DNA of 63,336 bases, counting the filler. It is 16 parts of 16 records of this genome, joined end to end, with 100 filler letters (N's around TTAATTAATTAA, not from the genome) between each part and the next. Parts side by side here need not be neighbours in the genome. Positions count along the whole stretch, not along the records: positions 36,920 to 41,784 come from SRR16133337_50601; positions 41,885 to 49,115 come from SRR16133337_50822; positions 49,216 to 51,853 come from SRR16133337_50827; 13 more parts are not named here. One strand, 5' to 3'. The notes under the pieces are model-generated. The model was given only the letters and a program-made list of their open reading frames with translations. It made no database searches and was not told where the DNA came from. Positions 36,954 through 49,736 of this stretch are shown here, piece by piece (the first letter of the stretch is position 1; each line of letters opens with the position of its first letter). The translations under genes and the position numbers were made by a program.

Positions 36954-37880
36954 TTACAATTCTAACAAGCTATTTGTTTTTTGAACTGCGGTAGCACTTA
37001 TGGCTAGTTTTGTTTTTTCAGCATCGCTCAAATTAATTTTTACAATTTCTTCGATTCCGTTTTTACCTAAAATTACAGGGACTCCAATACATAAATCCTT
37101 CAATCCGTATTCACCATTTAACAATGTGGAACAAGGAAATATTTTTTGAGTATCGCAAGCAATTGCTTGAACCATTGCAGATACCGCTGCCCCTGGAGCA
37201 TACCAAGCAGAAGTACCTAACATTCCTGTTAAAGTAGCTCCTCCAACCATCGTCGCTTTCGCAATTTCTTCTAACTTTTCTTTGGATAAAAATTCGCTTA
37301 CAGGAATCGCACTTCTTGTCGCCAATTTTGTCAATGGAATCATTCCAGTATCACTATGTCCACCAATGACCATTCCATCAACATCAGAAGCAGGAGCACC
37401 TAAAGCTTCCCCTAATTGGTACTTAAAACGAGCACTGTCTAAAGCCCCTCCCATTCCAATAATTCTATTTTTTGGAAGACCTGTAGCTTTGTGAACTAGA
37501 TAGGTCATTGTATCCATAGGATTACTAACTACAATAATAATAACCTTAGGAGAATGTTTGATAATATTCTCTGAAACAGATTTTACAATTCCTGCATTGA
37601 TTCCAATCAATTCTTCGCGGGTCATTCCTGGTTTACGAGGAATCCCACTTGTAATCACAGCAAGATCACTATTTGCCGTTTTAGAATAATCATTAGTAGT
37701 GCCTGTGATTTTGGTATCAAAACCATTTAAAGAAGCAGTTTGCATAAGATCTATCGCTTTTCCTTCTGCATAATTTTCTTTAATATCTACAATAACAACT
37801 TCTGTTGCAAAATTTTTGATGGCAATGTACTCAGCACAACTTGCACCAACAGCACCTGCTCCCACAACGGTAACTTTCAT
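36954..37880 (-). CDS. mdh: malate dehydrogenase (LDH-like)
   Basis: GAGAVG, GIPRKPGMTREEL, VSNPMD, LDSARF, GGHSD, SAWYAP. Confidence 0.96.
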   Translation of the reverse strand: MKVTVVGAGAVGASCAEYIAIKNFATEVVIVDIKENYAEGKAIDLMQTASLNGFDTKITGTTNDYSKTANSDLAVITSGIPRKPGMTREELIGINAGIVKSVSENIIKHSPKVIIIVVSNPMDTMTYLVHKATGLPKNRIIGMGGALDSARFKYQLGEALGAPASDVDGMVIGGHSDTGMIPLTKLATRSAIPVSEFLSKEKLEEIAKATMVGGATLTGMLGTSAWYAPGAAVSAMVQAIACDTQKIFPCSTLLNGEYGLKDLCIGVPVILGKNGIEEIVKINLSDAEKTKLAISATAVQKTNSLLEL

Positions 37881-38129
37881 TTTTTTAGATTTATTGTTTT
37901 AATTTAAGGGTATCTTTAATAAAGGTGTAAAATTAGCAATTTATAGTCAAATAAGCCCTTTTTTTAAATAGAGATTTTAGAAAAAAATGATTTATAACCT
38001 AATGTTTTTTATAAGTGTAGTGCTATTTTCCTACTTTCTTAAGCGATCTTACCTGTTTGTCAACACTTCCTGAAATTTCTGTGTTTTATAAAGTCAAAAA
38101 AAAATTGAATATACTCCACCTGAGTATAT

Positions 38130-39167
38130 TTATCTGATGCTTACTGCAAGGCCTACAGATAAGGCGTTGTATTCTTGTAAAGTATAGTCTCCGAATATTT
38201 TAAGGGGTCCTAGGCTTATTCGAGTTCCAACGGTTAATTTAAAACCGCTAGCATCAAATGTTAGGTTTGGAGGTGTAAGTGTTTCTGGAGTTGTTAGACT
38301 ACCACCGTAAGAGTATTCACCTGTATACTCTCCAGTCATTTTAAGGTTTGATTTTCCATTACTATGTCCCACCCCCCCATAAAAATTAATAAAAGGAAAA
38401 TTTAAAGAAGCGATCGCTTGAATAGTAAAAGCTGTTAAGTCAAATTCAGCTTTGGCGTTAGAAGTTTGTAAAGGACCACTTGTAGTATCTTCAAATCCAT
38501 AGTTTACATTCATAGAAGTATAAGCGGCTAATAAAGATACGTGAAGTGGCAGTTTGTCTAAAGGACCAAACCATCCCGTAATTTCTTTTTTAAGACCTAA
38601 TCCTAACATCTTTGCTTTACCTCCATCATCTCCTAAATTGGTTTCTGGAAAAAATCGAACCATCGCATCCATTTTAAAAGGCAATCCTATGTTTAATTGT
38701 GCAATAGGAGTGGGTACAGCACTTAAAGGTAAGTCTCCCGTAATTCCACCTGGCATAGGAAAATCAGTGGTCACCTCTTGAGAAACACCCTCAACTGTCA
38801 AAGTCCTTGTAACAGTCAGGTCGGTTTCTGTATCTGGTCCAGCAAAGGTAGATCCTGTGGCTGTACCACCGCTCGACTGGTTAATTGATGTTAAGCCTGA
38901 AAGACTAAACATTTCTTTTTTAGAAGGGACAATAGAGGCACTTAATCCAACAGTTAAATCAAAGCCAAATTTTTTATGGACTTTTGCGGTATGGTACCAT
39001 CCGTTGTTCATTCCATAAATAAAGCCTTCCATTGCTGGAGCAAAATAGGCTTGCATTAATTTGTTTGAATCACTAGGGTCTGCAAGAAGAATAGATGCAA
39101 ATCCGTCTTGTGCTTTTGTTGTTTGTAGGGTCAGTAATGCGATGAAAATTAAGATGATTTTTTTCAT
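38130..39167 (-). CDS. DUF6588-like outer-membrane beta-barrel protein
   Basis: Signal peptide (AQD cleavage), GMNNGWYHTAKVHK motif, amphipathic C-terminal strands; between gyrB and mdh as is usual in Flavobacteriaceae. Confidence 0.65.
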   Translation of the reverse strand: MKKIILIFIALLTLQTTKAQDGFASILLADPSDSNKLMQAYFAPAMEGFIYGMNNGWYHTAKVHKKFGFDLTVGLSASIVPSKKEMFSLSGLTSINQSSGGTATGSTFAGPDTETDLTVTRTLTVEGVSQEVTTDFPMPGGITGDLPLSAVPTPIAQLNIGLPFKMDAMVRFFPETNLGDDGGKAKMLGLGLKKEITGWFGPLDKLPLHVSLLAAYTSMNVNYGFEDTTSGPLQTSNAKAEFDLTAFTIQAIASLNFPFINFYGGVGHSNGKSNLKMTGEYTGEYSYGGSLTTPETLTPPNLTFDASGFKLTVGTRISLGPLKIFGDYTLQEYNALSVGLAVSIR

Positions 39168-39266
39168 AATGGTTCTTGTTTAGGTCTTTGATTTTAGGTT
39201 CATTGTAAAACGAAGATACTAAACAAAATAAAAATAAATGCAACTGTGGAGTGTTTTTATAAGTGT

Positions 39267-41204
<1,938 letters not shown>

Positions 41205-41575
41205 TTATAAAAGTATTTAGTTTCTTTTTGGGTTCTATTTTTTAGAAAAGGACTCCAACAAATATAAGTAATAAAGATGTCTGTAAGTGTTAGATTGTTT
41301 AAAATTTTGGAAATTATTGACAAGTGAAAAAACGTCTTAAAACGCTTAAAAATACCCTTGGTATCTGTTTTATGGTTTTTTTGATAATTGGAGAAATAGA
41401 AGATTGTAAAAATTGATTTAAGGTCAAATTTTAAAATGTTGGAATTCTTGAAAAACATCGAATTTGAAATTTTTTGTTTTTGGCTTTTACCTTGCAGATA
41501 GTGAAACGGTATACTTCGCCCCCTTAGAAACCCGATTTTTTTTACTTTTTGTTAGGTTATAAGGCTTAGAATACT

Positions 41576-41583
41576 TATCTTTG
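41576..41583 (+). promoter_or_regulatory. Bacteroidota -7 promoter element for higB
   Basis: TATCTTTG matches TAnnTTTG, about 25 bp upstream of ATG 41609. Confidence 0.5.
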
Positions 41584-41608
41584 ACATAAGTAGTTAAAAA
41601 TACTTACA

Positions 41609-41784
41609 ATGATTCTATCTTTTAACTGTAAAAAAACCGAAAAACTTTTTAATAAAATAGCAAGTAAAATTGTACCTCAAAACTTACAAGTTATCTCTTT
41701 AAAAAAATTACAAAGGTTGGATGCTTCTGTAAGTTATACAGATTTACAAGTACCCCCTTCCAATAAATTAGAAAAGTTAAAAGG
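41609..41784 (+). CDS. higB: HigB-like (RelE/ParE superfamily) toxin, 3'-truncated at contig end
   Basis: MILSFNCKKTEKLF...KLQRLDAS...DLQVPPSNKLEKLK matches the plasmid-maintenance killer (HigB) pattern MIxSF..K.TE.LF...DL..PPxNRLE.L. Confidence 0.8.
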
Positions 41785-41884
41785 NNNNNNNNNNNNNNNN
41801 NNNNNNNNNNNNNNNNNNNNNNNNNNNNTTAATTAATTAANNNNNNNNNNNNNNNNNNNNNNNNNNNNNNNNNNNNNNNNNNNN

Positions 41885-42007
41885 GAAACCCGAATTTTTA
41901 TGCCCCTTTTTTTGCTTTCTGGCTGTAAGCTATAGGCTTTACTTATTTGTCTTGCAGTCGAGTTGTCTTGCAGTCTTTTTGTTCCCTTTTCTAACCGGGC
42001 GGAGTAT
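41885..42007. mobile_element. MITE-like element with inverted ends (left end cut by contig start) and an internal 16-bp tandem repeat
   Basis: Left GAAACCCGAATTTTTATGCCCC and right TTTCTAACCGGGCGGAGTAT are opposite orientations of the dispersed repeat; internal TTGTCTTGCAGTC occurs twice at a 16-bp period. Confidence 0.55.
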
Positions 42008-42044
42008 CTTTAGTTTATATTCTAAAATGTTTTTTCAAAAGACT

Positions 42045-42620
42045 CTATTTTCCTTTTCCTTTAAACACGACAATTACAGTGTAAAGAATTATTTTAATAT
42101 CCGTCCACAAAGATATGTTATCTAAATAAACTAAATCATATCTTGCTCTTAATTTCATTTGTTCCAAACTATCTGCATATCCATAACGAATTTGTCCTAA
42201 AGAAGTGATTCCTGGTCGTAGATTTTGTAACTCTTTATATCTAGGGATATGACTGATAATAAGATCTAAAAAAAATTGCCGTTCTGGTCGAGGTCCTACG
42301 ACACTCATTTCACCAATCAGGACATTATAAAATTGAGGAAATTCATCAATTCTGTATTTTCTAAGAATTCTTCCAAAGCTCGTAATTCTTATCGTTTCTT
42401 CATCAGAGAGTAAAGGGTCGTTGACGGGAGGAACTCCTTTCATACTCCTAAACTTGTAGATTTTAAACAATTTACCCTCTTTTCCTACTCGTTTTTGTTT
42501 GTGAAAAGGACGTTCTCCTGTAGTCATAAAAATGACAATTGCAATTATTGGCGTTATCCAAAAAAGAAGGGTCACAAAAATCAGAAGAGAAAAGAGGACA
42601 TCAAAAGATCTTTTTAACAT
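42045..42620 (-). CDS. bacterial sugar transferase (polyprenyl-phosphate phosphoglycosyl transferase, PglC/WcaJ-like)
   Basis: KRSFD...KFRSM...LRKYRIDEFPQFYNVLIGEMSVVGPRP...RPGIT. Confidence 0.92.
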   Translation of the reverse strand: MLKRSFDVLFSLLIFVTLLFWITPIIAIVIFMTTGERPFHKQKRVGKEGKLFKIYKFRSMKGVPPVNDPLLSDEETIRITSFGRILRKYRIDEFPQFYNVLIGEMSVVGPRPERQFFLDLIISHIPRYKELQNLRPGITSLGQIRYGYADSLEQMKLRARYDLVYLDNISLWTDIKIILYTVIVVFKGKGK

Positions 42621-42983
42621 TCAAGTCTTTATTAAGGATTAAAAATTTGGGAACTAACCAGCCCACAAATTGAAAATCAAATTTAGTAATAATAGCCAAT
42701 GCCTCCTATATATTCTTACTGTTTTTGAGGGTTGTATATATTACAACTACAAGAAGCATCAATTAGACTCCCTAAATATTCATATAATTTGTAATTTTAC
42801 CTTTTGTAGAATTCTCAAAATAAAAAAAGAAACAATCTTGAGTCCCATTAAATTAAAAAAAGGGAATAAAAAACACTTCTATAAAACTACCTTTTTTATC
42901 AGACATCTTTTTAAAATTAGGAAGTTATTTTTATTCTAAAACAAAAAACGTAAATTCGCATTTCACCTCTAAATACCCCTACT

Positions 42984-45596
42984 TTGGCAAAAGAAAAAAG
43001 AATCAAAGAAACACCTTTAATGAAACAATACAACGCTATCAAAAGGAAATATCCAGATGCGATGCTGTTATTTAGAGTTGGTGATTTCTATGAAACTTTT
43101 GGCGAAGATGCTATTAAATGTGCCCGAATTTTAAACATCACTTTAACCAAACGAGGAGCAGGAAGTCCTACTGAAACCGCTTTGGCAGGTTTTCCCCATC
43201 ATTCCATAAACACTTATTTGCCAAAATTGGTAAAAGCAGGAATGCGTGTGGCTATTTGCGACCAATTAGAAGATCCTAAAATGACAAAAACCATTGTCAA
43301 AAGAGGCGTCACAGAATTGGTAACCCCTGGAGTGTCTTTCAATGATGAAGTGCTTCAATCAAACACCAATAACTTTTTAGCAGCGGTTTATTTTGGTAAA
43401 AAACAATTGGGTGTTTCCTTTTTAGATGTTTCTACAGGTGAGTTTTTAACCGCCCAAGGATCGGATGAATATATTGATAAATTGTTACAGAATTTTCAAC
43501 CGAGTGAGGTACTCGTCCAAAAACAAAACCGCAGTAAATTTGTTGAGATTTTCGGAGATAATTTTCATTCCTTTTATTTAGAGGATTGGGTTTTTCAATA
43601 TGATTTTGCAAATGAAAGTCTTACCAAACATTTCAAAGTCAATTCTTTAAAAGGATTTGGGGTGGATGAACTTCAAGAAGGAATTATTTCCTCTGGAGCA
43701 ATTTTATATTACCTCTCTGAAACCCAACACAACAAAATAGAGCACCTTGTTTCTATCCAAAGAATTCAAGAAAACAGTTATGTTTGGATGGATCGTTTTA
43801 CGATTCGTAATTTAGAACTGTACGCTTCTACAGAAGCGAATGCCGTGACTCTTTTAAAAGTCATTGACAAAACCATTTCTCCTATGGGAGGTCGTTTGCT
43901 ACGACGTTGGTTGGCCTTACCTTTAAAAGATATGGAGCAGATTAAAAAGCGTCAAGAGGTTGTAAAATATCTGATGGATACGCCTGACTTTTTTGACATG
44001 GTTAACTACCAAATCAAACAAATAAGCGACATAGAACGTTTGGTTTCTAAAGTCGCCACAGGGAAAATTCATCCTCGAGAAGTGGTATCTTTAAAAAATT
44101 CTTTGAAGGCAATTATTCCTATCAAAGAAGTGGCTGAAAAAAGTAGCAATATCTCTTTAAAAAGTATAGGTCTGCAATTGCAAAGTTGTACGGAGCTACG
44201 TGAGAAAGTAGCAACAACTTTATTTGAAGAGGCTCCTGTAAATATCAACAAAGGAAACAGTATTGCGTTTGGAGTTTCACAAGAATTGGACGATTTACGT
44301 GCTATTTCTACTTCTGGAAAGGACTATCTCGATGCAATGTTGCAAAGAGAAACAGAACATACTGGAATTACGTCTCTTAAAATTGCTTTTAACAATGTTT
44401 TTGGCTATTATATTGAAGTCCGAAATACCCATAAAGACAAAGTTCCTGAAAAATGGATTCGCAAGCAAACACTTGTAAATGCAGAACGATATATTACGGA
44501 AGAGTTAAAAGAATACGAAACAAAAATTTTAGGAGCTGAAGAAAAAATCAGCAAACTAGAACAACAGATTTTTGGCGACTTGATTCAATACTTAAGCTGT
44601 TATATCAAAGAAATGCAATTGAATGCAAGATTGATTGGACAAATAGATTGTTTGAGTTCCTTTGCCAAAATGGCTATAGATAATAGTTATGTGCGACCTG
44701 TATTGGACGAAAGTACGGATTTAGAAATCAAAAATGGACGCCATCCTGTTATTGAAAAACAATTGCCTTTTGGTGAAGAATATATTGCCAATGATGTGTT
44801 TTTAAACAGAAGTTCTCAACAAATTATTATGATTACGGGACCGAATATGTCTGGTAAATCAGCTATTTTACGGCAAACGGCTTTAATTGTTTTGTTGGCA
44901 CAAATGGGAAGTTATGTTCCCGTTCAGCATGCTAAAATTGGAATTGTAGACAAAATATTTACTCGTGTTGGTGCCAGTGATAATATTTCTATGGGAGAAT
45001 CTACTTTTATGGTAGAAATGAATGAAACGGCGAGTATTCTTAACAATGTTTCAGAGCGTAGTTTAATCCTATTGGATGAGATTGGACGTGGAACGAGTAC
45101 TTATGATGGGATTTCTATAGCTTGGGCAATTGCAGCATATTTACATGAACATCCCACCAAAGCAAAAACGTTGTTTGCAACGCATTATCACGAATTGAAT
45201 GATATGACGAATACTTTTGAACGGATCAAAAATTTCAATGTTTCGGTAAAAGAACTCAAAGACAATGTAATTTTCCTTCGTAAATTGGTTATGGGGGGTA
45301 GTGAACATAGTTTTGGAATTCACGTAGCAAAATTAGCAGGGATGCCTACGCAGGTAATTCACAGAGCCAACAAGATGTTGAAACAGTTGGAAAAAAATCA
45401 TACAAACGAAGAGGTGAAAGAGAAATTGAAAATTGCCGCACAAGAAGAAGAGGTTCAGTTGAGTTTTTTCAAACTAGACGATCCTTTATTAGAAAATCTC
45501 AAAGAAGAAATTTTAAATACCAATATTGAGACACTTACTCCTATTGAAGCTTTGATGAAACTCAATGAAATCAAAAGGATGTTGACAAAAAAGTAA
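42984..45596 (+). CDS. mutS: DNA mismatch repair protein MutS
   Basis: [22 protein letters not shown], Walker [34 protein letters not shown] start. Confidence 0.97.
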   Translation: MAKEKRIKETPLMKQYNAIKRKYPDAMLLFRVGDFYETFGEDAIKCARILNITLTKRGAGSPTETALAGFPHHSINTYLPKLVKAGMRVAICDQLEDPKMTKTIVKRGVTELVTPGVSFNDEVLQSNTNNFLAAVYFGKKQLGVSFLDVSTGEFLTAQGSDEYIDKLLQNFQPSEVLVQKQNRSKFVEIFGDNFHSFYLEDWVFQYDFANESLTKHFKVNSLKGFGVDELQEGIISSGAILYYLSETQHNKIEHLVSIQRIQENSYVWMDRFTIRNLELYASTEANAVTLLKVIDKTISPMGGRLLRRWLALPLKDMEQIKKRQEVVKYLMDTPDFFDMVNYQIKQISDIERLVSKVATGKIHPREVVSLKNSLKAIIPIKEVAEKSSNISLKSIGLQLQSCTELREKVATTLFEEAPVNINKGNSIAFGVSQELDDLRAISTSGKDYLDAMLQRETEHTGITSLKIAFNNVFGYYIEVRNTHKDKVPEKWIRKQTLVNAERYITEELKEYETKILGAEEKISKLEQQIFGDLIQYLSCYIKEMQLNARLIGQIDCLSSFAKMAIDNSYVRPVLDESTDLEIKNGRHPVIEKQLPFGEEYIANDVFLNRSSQQIIMITGPNMSGKSAILRQTALIVLLAQMGSYVPVQHAKIGIVDKIFTRVGASDNISMGESTFMVEMNETASILNNVSERSLILLDEIGRGTSTYDGISIAWAIAAYLHEHPTKAKTLFATHYHELNDMTNTFERIKNFNVSVKELKDNVIFLRKLVMGGSEHSFGIHVAKLAGMPTQVIHRANKMLKQLEKNHTNEEVKEKLKIAAQEEEVQLSFFKLDDPLLENLKEEILNTNIETLTPIEALMKLNEIKRMLTKK

Positions 45597-45653
45597 TTCT
45601 TTCTCCTATAAAAATTTGGGTTTCTAAGAGGTCAGAGCAACGATTCAGAGATG

Positions 45654-45694
45654 AACGAAAAAAAGGGGTTGTTATGCAACCCCTTTTTTTCGTT
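45654..45694. terminator. bidirectional intrinsic terminator between convergent mutS and sod
   Basis: 18-bp perfect stem AACGAAAAAAAGGGGTTG / CAACCCCTTTTTTTCGTT, 5-nt loop, with A and T tracts on both sides. Confidence 0.8.
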
Positions 45695-45724
45695 TATGGA
45701 AACGGTTTCTAAGTGGGCGGAGTA

Positions 45725-46333
45725 TTATTTATGAGCCGTATATTTAGCGGAAACTTCTGCCCAGTTAATTACGTTAAAGAAAGCGTTGATATAATCGGGT
45801 CTTCTGTTTTGGTACTTCAAGTAGTAGGCATGCTCCCAAACATCCAATCCTAAAATAGGTGTATTACCACAAGTAACCCCTGGCATTAAAGGGTTGTCTT
45901 GGTTAGGGGTTGAACATATATTTACAACACCTCCTTTTGCAACACAGAGCCAAGCCCACCCAGAGCCAAATTGCGTAGCCGCAGCTTTAGAAAAATCATT
46001 TTTAAAAGCCTTAAAAGAACCAAAAGAAGTATGGATTGCTTCTGCCAGTTCTCCTGTAGGTTCTCCGCCTCCTTTTGGAGAAAGGATTTCCCAAAACAAA
46101 CGATGGTTATAAAATCCACCTCCGTTATTTCTAACAGCACTGTTGCTCATCTCTAAATCTGTAAGAATTGCTTCAATAGATTTTCCTTCAGAATCCGTTC
46201 CTGCAATAGCATTGTTTAAGTTGTTTGTGTATCCTTGATGGTGTTTGCTATGGTGAATTTCCATAGTTTTGGCATCCATATGTGGTTCTAACGCATCATA
46301 TGCGTAAGAGATTTGAGGTAATTCAAAAGCCAT
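45725..46333 (-). CDS. sodA: superoxide dismutase [Mn/Fe], Mn-type residues
   Basis: [36 protein letters not shown]. Confidence 0.93.
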   Translation of the reverse strand: MAFELPQISYAYDALEPHMDAKTMEIHHSKHHQGYTNNLNNAIAGTDSEGKSIEAILTDLEMSNSAVRNNGGGFYNHRLFWEILSPKGGGEPTGELAEAIHTSFGSFKAFKNDFSKAAATQFGSGWAWLCVAKGGVVNICSTPNQDNPLMPGVTCGNTPILGLDVWEHAYYLKYQNRRPDYINAFFNVINWAEVSAKYTAHK

Positions 46334-46365
46334 ATTATTTTGTTTAAAAATTATTAATTGGGAAT

Positions 46366-46373
46366 CAAAGGTA
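46366..46373 (-). promoter_or_regulatory. Bacteroidota -7 promoter element for sod
   Basis: TACCTTTG on the minus strand about 33 bp upstream of the ATG. Confidence 0.5.
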
Positions 46374-46492
46374 ATAAACAGAAATCATTTATAGAAATTA
46401 AATCTATGGAATAACTTATGGTATTTTAAATAGTTTGTTTTAGAAACCATCCATTTGGATAAAACTTCTCGAAAAGTTTGAGTGACACTCGT

Positions 46493-46909
46493 TCATAGGA
46501 TTTCAGTAACAAAATGGGTACAATAGTCTTTTATTTCATTTCTAGCTTTTTTAAAAGCTGCCCGAATCTCTGTATCAGTGCCAATTACTTTTGAAGGGTC
46601 AAAAAAGTTATGATGCAATCTTCTTGCATTTTTAGACGGAATAAACGGACAATTTTCATGAGCATGATTACAAACAGTAATAATATAGTCGAATGCTACT
46701 GTCGCATACTCGTCTACATGATTAGAAGTGTGCGTACTGATATCGATTCCATCTTCTTTCATACTAGAAACTGCTTTTGGATTTAAACCATGGGTTTCCA
46801 TTCCAGCACTGTAAATAGTTGCTTTTTCTGAAGCAAGTTGTTTTAAATAACCGTGAGCCATTTGGCTTCTACAAGAGTTTCCTGTACACAGAACTAATAT
46901 ATTTTTCAT
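46493..46909 (-). CDS. arsC: arsenate reductase, LMW-PTPase (thioredoxin) type; alternative start at 46918
   Basis: VLCTGNSCRSQMA P-loop, ITVC...ENCP redox cysteines, FFDP. Confidence 0.85.
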   Translation of the reverse strand: MKNILVLCTGNSCRSQMAHGYLKQLASEKATIYSAGMETHGLNPKAVSSMKEDGIDISTHTSNHVDEYATVAFDYIITVCNHAHENCPFIPSKNARRLHHNFFDPSKVIGTDTEIRAAFKKARNEIKDYCTHFVTEIL

Positions 46910-46952
46910 GGGTATCATTTTTAAGGTTCTACTTTTGTTTTAGGGGAAACCG

Positions 46953-47000
46953 GGATACGGTGATGCCGTGATACGGTGAAACAGTGATGCCGTGATACGG
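46953..47000 (+). repeat. 8-bp-period degenerate tandem repeat (GTGATACG/GTGATGCC)
   Basis: gggatacggtgatgccgtgatacggtgaaacagtgatgccgtgatacgg in the arsC upstream region. Confidence 0.7.
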
Positions 47001-47093
47001 GAATTTCTTGTCTCTTTCTCATACTCTCAACTTTTGACTTTCAGACTTTTGTCTTCTTACTTTCAATTTCTCCCTTTTTTAAAATGGGAAGTT

Positions 47094-48059
47094 TTATTTT
47101 TTTTGAGGTTTTAGAGGAACGTTAAAAAAAATAGCCGCCACTTTATCTATACAAGTTTGTGCCAGTTTTAGTTTAGATTCAACCGTCCAACCTGCTATAT
47201 GGGGAGATAATAAAACCTGATCAGAATGCATCAAATAGTGAAAAGCTTCTGGAAATGATTTGTTTTCAAACAAGTTCTCAAAAGATTCTTTTTCATATTC
47301 CAAAACATCTAGGCAAGCCCCTAAAATTTTACCATTTTGTAAGGCCTCTACCAAATGATCCGTAACTACAGTAGCCCCTCTAGCAGTATTGATCAAGTAA
47401 AAAGGTTTTTTGAAAAGAGAAATCAAGTCTCGATTCACCATTTTATCAGACAATTTGTTAAGGGAGGTATGGATACTTAATACGTCTGCTTTTTCTTGAA
47501 TTTCAGTCAATGTCGTTTGTCGGCAATTTTCATCACCTATAGGGTCTTTGATATCATAACACAATACTTCCACATCAAAACCTTTTAGTTTTTTAGCAAA
47601 CGATTTCCCCATATTTCCATAACCGAGCAATCCAATTGTTTTTCCATCTAATTCTAGACCTCTGTTTTCTTCCCGCAACCATTTTCCTGTACGTATTTGG
47701 TAGTCTGCTTGTTTGAGATTGTTAAATAAAGAAAGGAGCATTGCCAAGGCATGTTCGCCAACAGCATTTCTATTTCCTTCAGGAGCAGCAATTAAAGAAA
47801 TATTTTTTTGAATCGCATAGTCCACATCAATACTTTCTAAACCTGCCCCCACACGAGCAATAAATTTTAAATGGCGAGCTTTGTCGAGAAACTGTTTGTC
47901 AATTTGAAACCGACTCCGAATAACAATCCCCTCATACAAATGAATTTTTGATTCGATTTCTTCTTTGCTAGAAGAAAAATCATCCTCACAAATACAACCA
48001 AGTTTTTCCAATCCCAATTTTAAAATAGGATGATTGCTGTCTATATGGAGAATTTTCAT
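47094..48059 (-). CDS. D-isomer-specific 2-hydroxyacid dehydrogenase (SerA-like catalytic core)
   Basis: RVGAGLE, GLLGYGNMG, INTARG, LDVLEYE, SPHIAG; ATG 48059 preferred because a TATTTTTG -7 box lies at 48108-48115. Confidence 0.85.
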   Translation of the reverse strand: MKILHIDSNHPILKLGLEKLGCICEDDFSSSKEEIESKIHLYEGIVIRSRFQIDKQFLDKARHLKFIARVGAGLESIDVDYAIQKNISLIAAPEGNRNAVGEHALAMLLSLFNNLKQADYQIRTGKWLREENRGLELDGKTIGLLGYGNMGKSFAKKLKGFDVEVLCYDIKDPIGDENCRQTTLTEIQEKADVLSIHTSLNKLSDKMVNRDLISLFKKPFYLINTARGATVVTDHLVEALQNGKILGACLDVLEYEKESFENLFENKSFPEAFHYLMHSDQVLLSPHIAGWTVESKLKLAQTCIDKVAAIFFNVPLKPQKK

Positions 48060-48173
48060 TTTTTTGAGGTTCAAAAGGTTCAAAGAATTCTTCGTTTTTA
48101 TCAATCGCAAAAATATATTCCGTAAAACGCTGTTTTCTAAGGAATTGTAATGTAACTTGAATCTCTAAAATCT

Positions 48174-48992
48174 TTAATATTGTTCGTCTTTATTTGGAAA
48201 GTTTTGCGATTTTACATCTTTGCTATATTGTTTAAAAGCCTTGGTCATATCCTCAAATAAATTCAAATATCTACGTAAAAAACGAGGATGAAATTCACGT
48301 GTCATTCCAATCATATCATGCGTTACTAATATTTGTCCATCCACACCTGCACCTGCACCAATTCCAATAACAGGAATGGTTAATTTTTCAGCAATTTTTT
48401 TTGCCAAAGTTGCTGGAACTTTTTCAATGACGAGAGAAAAGCAACCTAATTTTTCTAAGAATAAAGCATCTTCAATTAGTTTTTTTGCTTCTTCTTCTTC
48501 TTTGGCTCTTACGGTATAGGTACCAAATTTATAAATAGACTGAGGAGTCAGCCCAAGATGTCCCATAACAGGAATTCCAGCATTTAGAATTCGTTTGACA
48601 GATTCTTTTATTTCTTTACCTCCCTCTAATTTAATTGCATGCCCTCCTGATTCCTTCATAATTCGAATCGCAGATCTCAAGGCTTCTTTAGGATCGGATT
48701 GATAACTCCCAAAAGGCAAATCCACAACTACTAAACTTCTCATGGAAGCTCTTACAACAGAACTGGCATGATAAATCATTTCATTTAAAGTAATGGGCAA
48801 AGTCGTTTCATGACCTGCCATTACATTGGAGGCAGAATCTCCTACAAGAATCACGTCAATACCTGCGGTATCCACAATTTTAGCCATGGTATAATCATAT
48901 GCCGTTAACATGGATATTTTTTCACCAAGGTGTTTCATTTCTATCAATGAATTTGTGGTAACTCGCTTGTATTGTTTTTTTACTAAGGACAT
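48174..48992 (-). CDS. panB: 3-methyl-2-oxobutanoate hydroxymethyltransferase
   Basis: [47 protein letters not shown]. Confidence 0.97.
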   Translation of the reverse strand: MSLVKKQYKRVTTNSLIEMKHLGEKISMLTAYDYTMAKIVDTAGIDVILVGDSASNVMAGHETTLPITLNEMIYHASSVVRASMRSLVVVDLPFGSYQSDPKEALRSAIRIMKESGGHAIKLEGGKEIKESVKRILNAGIPVMGHLGLTPQSIYKFGTYTVRAKEEEEAKKLIEDALFLEKLGCFSLVIEKVPATLAKKIAEKLTIPVIGIGAGAGVDGQILVTHDMIGMTREFHPRFLRRYLNLFEDMTKAFKQYSKDVKSQNFPNKDEQY

Positions 48993-49246
48993 GTTTTTGA
49001 AGGTTTAAAATTCAGAGGGTAAAAATAAGCAAAGATTTTTAGAAATAGGAAGATAGAAATATAGAGAACAAAAAAGGATCAACGTTATATTCCGCCTGGT
49101 TAGAAACCCGAAAATNNNNNNNNNNNNNNNNNNNNNNNNNNNNNNNNNNNNNNNNNNNNTTAATTAATTAANNNNNNNNNNNNNNNNNNNNNNNNNNNNN
49201 NNNNNNNNNNNNNNNCTAACTTCGTTAAAATTTAAAACCATAGCTT

Positions 49247-49433
49247 GGGCTATGGTTAGTACGGGAATTAAAAGTACAAAACTTTCGATTTACCACAGAG
49301 CCAAATCTGTGATTTGGTATTTACCTTTTTTATATTCCTAAATGCCAGATCGCAGATTTGGCGGGACTTGCAAATAGGTAGAACCTTTCGTAATCCACCA
49401 AACAACGATGAGCTATACATCTTATTATCCAAA
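49247..49433. repeat. degenerate attC-like hairpin element downstream of cassette 2
   Basis: GGGCTATGGTTAGT arm resembles that of the 49737 element; inner 24-bp stem 49300-49323/49339-49362 has only G.T wobbles on the + strand; ends in ATTATCCAAA. Confidence 0.55.
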
Positions 49434-49436
49434 GTT

Positions 49437-49727
49437 TCACATATGACCACATACATCATTAAGCCAACCTTTTCGTTGTGCAATTGAATATGCACTTGAA
49501 GATTTCCTTGCAAATTCGGTTCTCAGTGCTTCTTCTATAATTTTTGCCTTGGTTCATTTCGGTAAATTCTTCTTATGACGCATGTGTTTGCAAACTTCTT
49601 CAAGCCACTTATTTTTGATAGCAATTGCATATGCCTTTGATTTTAACCTGAATTCTTTTTTTGTTTTAAATCTCAGGGCTTCCTCAATTACTTTCTCCTT
49701 TGTCCAATAGCCTGCTGAATGTCTCAT
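49437..49727 (-). pseudogene. unannotated two-repeat protein (WTKEK..EEA...EF...AY..A....WL..VC.HM x2) interrupted by an in-frame TGA at codon 58
   Basis: Manual translation: MRHSAGYWTKEKVIEEALRFKTKKEFRLKSKAYAIAIKNKWLEEVCKHMRHKKNLPK*TKAKIIEEALRTEFARKSSSAYSIAQRKGWLNDVCGHM*; the internal stop (49554-49556) falls exactly at the repeat's Trp. Confidence 0.75.
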
Positions 49728-49736
49728 TTAAATTTT

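Noticed and set aside
49237-49258. AACCATAGC-TTGG-GCTATGGTT hairpin as a terminator
   Set aside because: It replaces the expected outer end of the attC-like element very near a contig end; it may be a local inversion or assembly artefact and lacks a clear context
49437-49727. TGA=Trp recoding (genetic code 4) explaining the internal stop
   Set aside because: The gene's apparent true end is also TGA, its other Trp codons are TGG, and neighbouring genes use the standard code; a nonsense mutation or sequence error is simpler
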